29,637 nucleotides of DNA from positions 1 through 29,637 of the IMG/VR virus record IMGVR_UViG_3300022932_000014. One strand, given 5' to 3'. The position numbers and the translations under genes were made by a program. The notes beneath the pieces are model-generated. The model did not search any database. It had not been told where the DNA came from and was given only the letters and a program-made list of their open reading frames with translations. This document shows, in pieces, positions 24,316 through 29,637 of this stretch (its first letter is position 1; the number at the start of each line of letters is the position of its first letter). Source of the DNA: a virus.

Positions 24316-25683
24316 TTAATATATTTCTGTACCTGTTATGTACGTTACTGATGCTGTTCCTGTTGTTGCTGTTCTTAATCTCACTAAAGCATTTGCTGGT
24401 ATAATACCTACTAAAGTTCCTGTTTGACCATTTGTTAATTGTAAAGTCACTGTAATTCCTACTCCGCTTGAATTTCCATTTTGCGCTGGTAATAGCCAAG
24501 TACTACCTGCATTCGTTGAATATTCTAGATATGACATAGCTGATGATGTACCTATAAGTAAAGGATTTGTTACAGAACATGTCACTGAATATGAAACCAT
24601 TGCTTGCTTTGTAGTCGATATTGTAAAATTACTATTAAGCGTTCTTACAACTGGTGTATTTATTGTCGGCTCAACATAACCTATTGTAAAATTTGGATAA
24701 GTGCCTGTTATTGACATTCTATTACCAGCTGTTAATGTTACTGTTTGATCTGGTGATAAGTTTGTTATTATATTGCTAGTTATATTTATTCCAGATCCTG
24801 CTGTATAATTATTGTTGATTATTAAATCTCCTGAGCCTAAAAGTGTATTACCATTTAGTGTTTTAATATTTGTGCCACTTACTAAAGTGTTTTGTTTGGT
24901 ATTTAATGCTGTTTGTGTGGCTGTACTTATTGGTTTATTTAAATCAGAAATATTATCTATATTACCTAACCCTATATCTGATTTTGTAAGAGATATATTG
25001 GAAGTAAGTGCAACTCCATTTATTGTTCTACTGTCTGTTATAGGTGTATAACCTAATGCTAATGTCACTTGACCTGAAGTTATTCCAGTTAAGAAACTAC
25101 TTGGATTTCCTGTTAAAGGGTAAGCATCTGTGATACCATATCCTGATATTGTTGTTGGCTTTCCTGTCAAACTACTAAAAGATTGAGCAGGTATACTTGT
25201 CAAGTATCCACTGTTATTTGTCCATTGTGATATATTACCACTCTTATTTGTAAGCGTGTTTGTAGATGTTGCTGTTATATACCCGCTTCCATTAATAAGT
25301 TGATTATTATCCGTAGGGATCGTAGGTTTATTCAATATCTGTGATACTCCACTAACAGAACTCCAATCTGAATTAGCCTGACTGGCAGGTATTGCAGGGA
25401 ATGTAGATAATGTGCCATCTCCTCTTATATATTGTGTTATAGATCCTGTTGGTGTTGTATACTTTGTATCTAGAGATGTTTGTAGGTTACTAATTTGGTT
25501 TATAGGTAGAATTAAATGTGAAACATCCGTCTTTTGCCAATAATTGTTTCCAGGTTGAACAAATACAAAATTAGGGGGTGATATTAAAGCATCAACATTT
25601 AATACTGGTAGTATTTCCGAAGATTTTTGACAATAGATATTTCCAGCAATTAGAAATAGTAAAAAAGACAAATTTTTTTTCAT
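24316..25683 (-). CDS. Fibre-repeat protein with N-terminal signal peptide (455 aa)
   Basis: MKKNLSFLLFLIAGNIYC/Q. Fibre motifs QYIRGDG, ILNKPTIP, KPTTISGYGITDA, DIGLGNIDNISDLNKPISTATQTAL, LVSGTNIKTLNG. Confidence 0.7.
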   Translation of the reverse strand: MKKNLSFLLFLIAGNIYCQKSSEILPVLNVDALISPPNFVFVQPGNNYWQKTDVSHLILPINQISNLQTSLDTKYTTPTGSITQYIRGDGTLSTFPAIPASQANSDWSSVSGVSQILNKPTIPTDNNQLINGSGYITATSTNTLTNKSGNISQWTNNSGYLTSIPAQSFSSLTGKPTTISGYGITDAYPLTGNPSSFLTGITSGQVTLALGYTPITDSRTINGVALTSNISLTKSDIGLGNIDNISDLNKPISTATQTALNTKQNTLVSGTNIKTLNGNTLLGSGDLIINNNYTAGSGINITSNIITNLSPDQTVTLTAGNRMSITGTYPNFTIGYVEPTINTPVVRTLNSNFTISTTKQAMVSYSVTCSVTNPLLIGTSSAMSYLEYSTNAGSTWLLPAQNGNSSGVGITVTLQLTNGQTGTLVGIIPANALVRLRTATTGTASVTYITGTEIY

Positions 25684-25699
25684 TTATATTTATTAGTTA

Positions 25700-28393
25700 T
25701 TATATTACAATCCACTTTGAACCATTACTGTATAATTCTACATTTGAACCCATCAATAGACTATAGGTGTTTACTAGAGGTAATCCTCCGTTATATATTA
25801 CATTCAGTCCTCCATTTGAATTAACTATAACTGTTCCAGACCCTGTGTTATATAAAGCTACTTTTTTAGTAGTGTTTCCAATTGGATTAGGTAATGTCCA
25901 TGTAGCTGTACTACCTTCAAATACATAGTAATTAACTGCTGAATCTGAAGTGAGCGTTAAAGTTGAAGAAGATGTATTTGTGTTAGATATTAGCACCTGT
26001 GCTGATAAGTTACCGCTTGCATCTGCTACAACTGTTCCTGTTCCTGCTAAATTAGGTATTGTTACAGCCCCCGTGGATTTATTTATGGTAAATCTTTCTG
26101 TCCCTCCTGTTTTTATGTTAAAGGTGGTTGCATCGAGCCAAATCTGATTGTCAAAATTGTTTCCAAAATCTATCGTCGGGGTTGATCCATTAATACGCAT
26201 CCCGTCTTTTAAGTCTAAAATCCTGTTTGGAGAAGCCGTTGCTAAACCTAACCTTTTATTCGTGTTGTCCCAAATAAAATTTACGTCTGCTGATTGATCG
26301 CTACCACTAATCCAAAAAGGCACATAACCCGATGTTCCTGTTCCTGTTACCGGATCTGTTAAAATATCTTGTTTCCCATTAAGTCCATCTGTTACAAACT
26401 CCGTTGTAGCAACACCCACAGTAGACGTGCCGCTTGGAAGGGTTATAGCTGTTGGATATTTAATATAGTCTCTGTCGAAAAACGTTAGCGCATCATCTAA
26501 TATAAAATGACTCGGGTCTCCATGCTCCCCTATACAAACAACAACCTGAGTTATTAAAGCGTAGGGGTCCATTCTTGTGTTAAATAGCAAACTGTTATCG
26601 TCAATATCTACAACGGTATCCTCAGGACTTGCGGTCATTCGGTACTTAATTTTAGGAAAATCAGTAGCAAGTTTTAAATTAGGATCGTGACCCGCCGTGG
26701 CCGTATCATAATCCGCAGGATTAGAGAAACCGTAAGCCGTTTGTATAGCTCCAGCAAATCCTATATCGTACTGTGCTCTTAAGTTAGTAGCGGGATATAT
26801 TCCGTACCACGCATCAATATTATGTGAGGTAGAACTCATTAAATTTAATGATACTATACCGCCCATGCTTTGACCTATAAGTATTATTTTAGTTATATTG
26901 TACTCACTTTGAAGATATGTTATTAAAGCGTCATAAGCATCAATTCCGGCTTGATTTCCCCAACTGTCTCCCGCTCCATTAGAAGAAGCCACCATATAAC
27001 CTGCTTGGATAAATTGATCTGTTATTCTTTTTTGGTCTGGGTCAACAAAAGGGTCGTTTTGGTTTCCGCTTGCCCCGTGAAAATAGACCATCAAAGGGAA
27101 TCCCCTGTTTCCGTTTTCACCTTTTCTGAAAGCTATTCTAGTGTTTTGACCTCCGATAACTGGTGTTAATGTTTCTACTTCCCAAAGTTTGTCATATAAC
27201 AAATCACTCTTCGTTTTTACGTAATTGTTGTACAAATTCAAAGCCGTTACTTTTTTAGGAGCAGAAGAAGCCGACCCATCAGAAATTGCAAAGGTGTCTA
27301 TATCAGTAATAGTTCCTTTATTTGGCAAAGCAGTTATTTGTGCTCCTAAATCGCCTAAGAAATTACTTTCTACTGACCATTGATTACCAACAGGATCATA
27401 AATAAAATTCCATGTATCATAAGATTTTGCGCTTGTTGGCACTTTGTCAATTACAGCGCCTGCATTAATAGTTAAATTTGTAACTGACGCGTTAAATGCA
27501 ATCGTGACTTTTTTAGCCTCTGTTAGTGTTGGAAGTGTTACTGTGTAGTTCGCCACTAATCCCCCTTCAACCAATAAGGCATCTTCATCCGCAGTAATTA
27601 TTCTGCTACCTCCATTTGTTGCTGTTACGTAGCCCCATGTTAAAAGAATCGGCAATTGATCTTTTAATATCTTACCATTTACATCTAATCCTGCATATCC
27701 GTTTGCTATATTTTTTTCTACCTTATTTTCTTTTGCATCCAAAGAACTTTGTAAATTAACTACTGTTGAAATAGCTTGTGTGCCTGTATGATTAACTCTG
27801 TTTCTATTATTTGTATCCCTAGTATTTAATTGAGAAGTATTTTCAAATCCAACATTATTTACAAACTCTGTTAAGTTTATATTATCTGCTAACTCAGTTG
27901 GTGTTATTGAATTAGGTTTAACACTTGCAGATATACTCGGTATAGCATCGTTGTAATTAAAATCTATTGTTGTTGTGTCTGTTAAAGTATTCCCTACAGC
28001 ATCTTGTGCTTGCTCATCTGTGTAGTTGTTTACATCCCCAACAAACAGAAAATTCCCATCAACCAATTGATTATTAAATTGTACTTTTGTACTTGGTAAA
28101 TCTTCTGGTTGAACTGCGGAATTAATTGTATCGAGTATATCTGATTGAATACTGATTTTTACATCTGTTGTTCCTATAATTGAAATAGTTCCGTCTGTAT
28201 TAAAAACTGTCTGTACCCCTGGGTTTGTTATACTACCATCGTCTTTTAAAGGATAAGGTATTCCATTTACATCTGTTATATATGTGGAAATAGCTGAATC
28301 TCCATCTGCTTTTATATATAATATAGCATTCGGTATAGGCTTATTAGGTAAGGCTTTTAATTTATAATTTTTTACTTCTATCCCTGTACTCAT
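25700..28393 (-). CDS. Tail fibre/spike with central alpha/beta-hydrolase (esterase) domain (897 aa)
   Basis: Fibre motifs YTDEQAQDAVG, NHTGTQ, NGYAGLD. Hydrolase motifs YFHG, GQSMGG (26858-26875), EDTVV, GEHG. Also NFIWDNTNKRLG and TERFTI repeats. Confidence 0.8.
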   Translation of the reverse strand: MSTGIEVKNYKLKALPNKPIPNAILYIKADGDSAISTYITDVNGIPYPLKDDGSITNPGVQTVFNTDGTISIIGTTDVKISIQSDILDTINSAVQPEDLPSTKVQFNNQLVDGNFLFVGDVNNYTDEQAQDAVGNTLTDTTTIDFNYNDAIPSISASVKPNSITPTELADNINLTEFVNNVGFENTSQLNTRDTNNRNRVNHTGTQAISTVVNLQSSLDAKENKVEKNIANGYAGLDVNGKILKDQLPILLTWGYVTATNGGSRIITADEDALLVEGGLVANYTVTLPTLTEAKKVTIAFNASVTNLTINAGAVIDKVPTSAKSYDTWNFIYDPVGNQWSVESNFLGDLGAQITALPNKGTITDIDTFAISDGSASSAPKKVTALNLYNNYVKTKSDLLYDKLWEVETLTPVIGGQNTRIAFRKGENGNRGFPLMVYFHGASGNQNDPFVDPDQKRITDQFIQAGYMVASSNGAGDSWGNQAGIDAYDALITYLQSEYNITKIILIGQSMGGIVSLNLMSSTSHNIDAWYGIYPATNLRAQYDIGFAGAIQTAYGFSNPADYDTATAGHDPNLKLATDFPKIKYRMTASPEDTVVDIDDNSLLFNTRMDPYALITQVVVCIGEHGDPSHFILDDALTFFDRDYIKYPTAITLPSGTSTVGVATTEFVTDGLNGKQDILTDPVTGTGTSGYVPFWISGSDQSADVNFIWDNTNKRLGLATASPNRILDLKDGMRINGSTPTIDFGNNFDNQIWLDATTFNIKTGGTERFTINKSTGAVTIPNLAGTGTVVADASGNLSAQVLISNTNTSSSTLTLTSDSAVNYYVFEGSTATWTLPNPIGNTTKKVALYNTGSGTVIVNSNGGLNVIYNGGLPLVNTYSLLMGSNVELYSNGSKWIVI

Positions 28394-28405
28394 TTTGTTT
28401 TTTAT

Positions 28406-28741
28406 TTACCAACTTATTTGTGTCCAGTCGTATTTATTATATATATTTGTTATATTTTGTGGAGGACAATCTCTAAATGGTTTCATTTTTTCTATATCAC
28501 ACCTCTTAGGATTCCCTAAAGTACCATTTATTTTTTTCCAAACCCATTCTGATAATTCACAATTTTTCATTGAAAAAGTTTTTATGTAAAGCTGATAGAA
28601 TTCAATCTTACTATTATCTCCCCCGTCACCTAACATAAAATGATCTTTCAAATACTGTTTATCATTTTCTTCTAGTAGGTTTTGTTCCCATTGCAATAAG
28701 TAATTTACAATATTTATTTTTTCTAAACTTTCTTGCCCCAT
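28406..28741 (-). CDS. Hypothetical protein (111 aa)
   Basis: TAATG coupling with the upstream gene; no family recognised. Confidence 0.6.
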   Translation of the reverse strand: MGQESLEKINIVNYLLQWEQNLLEENDKQYLKDHFMLGDGGDNSKIEFYQLYIKTFSMKNCELSEWVWKKINGTLGNPKRCDIEKMKPFRDCPPQNITNIYNKYDWTQISW

Positions 28742-29052
28742 TATACTACTGTTTTTAAATCACCCGCTGGGGTTTTATACCACCTACTTGTCTCTAAACC
28801 TCCTAATATTGCTGAAGCATTATCTGCAAAAGTGGGTAAGGTAATACTTGTGCCATTTAATATATTGTAAACTTCACTAATAGTTGCAAATGGATTTAGC
28901 TTACTAGGAGAATTTGAATTATCCAAAGCATCTATTTCATCTTGTGTTAACTTGTATCCTTCTGACCTATTATATAAATCTAAAAGGATTGGTTTTAGTT
29001 TTTCAGGTTGATTGAACCAAATTAAATTTTTTATTTTTTGCAGAGTGGTCAT
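28741..29052 (-). CDS. Small putative structural protein (103 aa)
   Basis: Start moved to ATG 29052 (MTTLQK), 1 nt after the upstream TAA. NPFATI and C-terminal LPTFADNASA..GGL....WY.T..G.LK.V motif. Confidence 0.6.
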   Translation of the reverse strand: MTTLQKIKNLIWFNQPEKLKPILLDLYNRSEGYKLTQDEIDALDNSNSPSKLNPFATISEVYNILNGTSITLPTFADNASAILGGLETSRWYKTPAGDLKTVV

Positions 29053-29053
29053 A

Positions 29054-29587
29054 TTAACATTTTTGTTTATCAAATAGGGAAATAGCTTCTTGAAAATATC
29101 TATCAGCCTTAACAAAATCTCCTAATTTAGTCCATGATTTAGCTACAGATAAAAATTGATCTATTTTTTGAAAAGGTTTTATTTGTTTTTCTGTTTGATC
29201 TGTGAAATCAAATCCTATTTGAGTTAGGGACTTTGCTATTTCTAAGTCTATTTCATCTGTTTTAAGGTAATATTTCTCTTTTTCTATATCTTCATACCCG
29301 CTAAGTAATTTAATGGTGTAAATGCCATCAGGTAAGTTTACATAAGTTTCTTTTGTACAATCACCTTTTAAACATGATATTCCTAAATTATGAGAGTTAA
29401 AATTATTTACCGCCCACTTTTTAAAAGAAACTGTTTTGTATTTTGAAGATCCTGGAATTTTTATTGATATGTAACTTGGTTTATTTTCCGCATATAGCCA
29501 ATCACTATTATCAGCTACGGAGAGTATTTTTGGATTGCCTGTTTCAAAAACTTCAAAATCTATTTTTATTTGGCCAACTATTTCCAT
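29054..29587 (-). CDS. Putative virion structural protein (177 aa)
   Basis: ATG 29587 (MEIVGQ) preferred over GTG 29596. Beta-rich N-half with LPDGIYTI motif and helical C-end. Role inferred from context. Confidence 0.6.
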   Translation of the reverse strand: MEIVGQIKIDFEVFETGNPKILSVADNSDWLYAENKPSYISIKIPGSSKYKTVSFKKWAVNNFNSHNLGISCLKGDCTKETYVNLPDGIYTIKLLSGYEDIEKEKYYLKTDEIDLEIAKSLTQIGFDFTDQTEKQIKPFQKIDQFLSVAKSWTKLGDFVKADRYFQEAISLFDKQKC

Positions 29588-29588
29588 A

Positions 29589-29637
29589 TTATACACGAAT
29601 TAAATCTATTTCTTTTTTTATTGACAAGTAATCGGCT
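29589..29637 (-). CDS. Probable 3' end of an upstream gene (...ADYLSIKKEIDLIRV*)
   Basis: Open frame from the window edge to a TAA 1 nt before ATG 29587, matching the tight coupling seen elsewhere; too short to be sure. Confidence 0.3.
   Translation of the reverse strand, partial: ADYLSIKKEIDLIRV

Noticed and set aside
4564-29596. ORF-track starts at 4587, 12086, 24499, 29115 and 29596
   Set aside because: Downstream ATGs (4563, 12038, 24313, 29052, 29587) remove overlaps and give tight coupling or better A-rich leaders.
29621-29626. TTGACA on the plus strand
   Set aside because: Isolated hexamer at the window edge, opposite to gene direction and not the Bacteroidota consensus.
505-29631. 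All plus-strand ORFs in the track, including the 207-aa ORF at 12986-13609
   Set aside because: They lie antisense to long minus-strand genes. The 207-aa ORF is the mirror of the LRR repeats. None has a recognisable motif.
1-29637. Stop-codon reassignment as in some crAss-like phages
   Set aside because: Genes are full length and tightly packed in the standard code. The muzzle split is at TAA. Reading through the TAG at 11097-11099 adds only a few codons.
1-29637. tRNA, rRNA, integrase or transposase
   Set aside because: No intergenic space or motifs supporting them; the largest gaps are about 110 nt and are explained by promoters and hairpins.

Overview
AT-rich, gene-dense segment of a Bacteroidota (probably flavobacterial) podophage of the crAss-like/Crassvirales-related type. 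All credible genes are on the minus strand and read in the standard code (17 TAA, 1 TAG and 1 TGA stop among 19 complete genes). In transcription order (right to left): small structural genes; a fibre/spike cluster (an esterase-bearing spike, a fibre-repeat protein with a signal peptide, three Cys-motif proteins); a terminator and promoter; ring protein, IHF-like protein and tail tubular protein; a tail-stabilisation/muzzle gene split into two ORFs; a lysozyme plus double-zincin protein; two cargo/ejection-type proteins; and the first 632 codons of a large protein that runs off the window and is missing from the ORF track. The first muzzle ORF ends in PKD-like and LRR domains, and the second is flanked by two paralogous HNH/AP2-type endonuclease genes. 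Four Bacteroidota-type promoters (TTTG-N20-TAnnTTTG or a one-base variant) are visible. Best leads: (1) a (Q/K)xGG motif that marks domain boundaries in two adjacent virion proteins, suggesting polyprotein processing or a packaging tag; (2) the split muzzle carrying a host-like PKD+LRR module; (3) a relic copy of the muzzle-C gene start left upstream of an inserted endonuclease gene. All family assignments come from motif recognition and gene order, not database searches.
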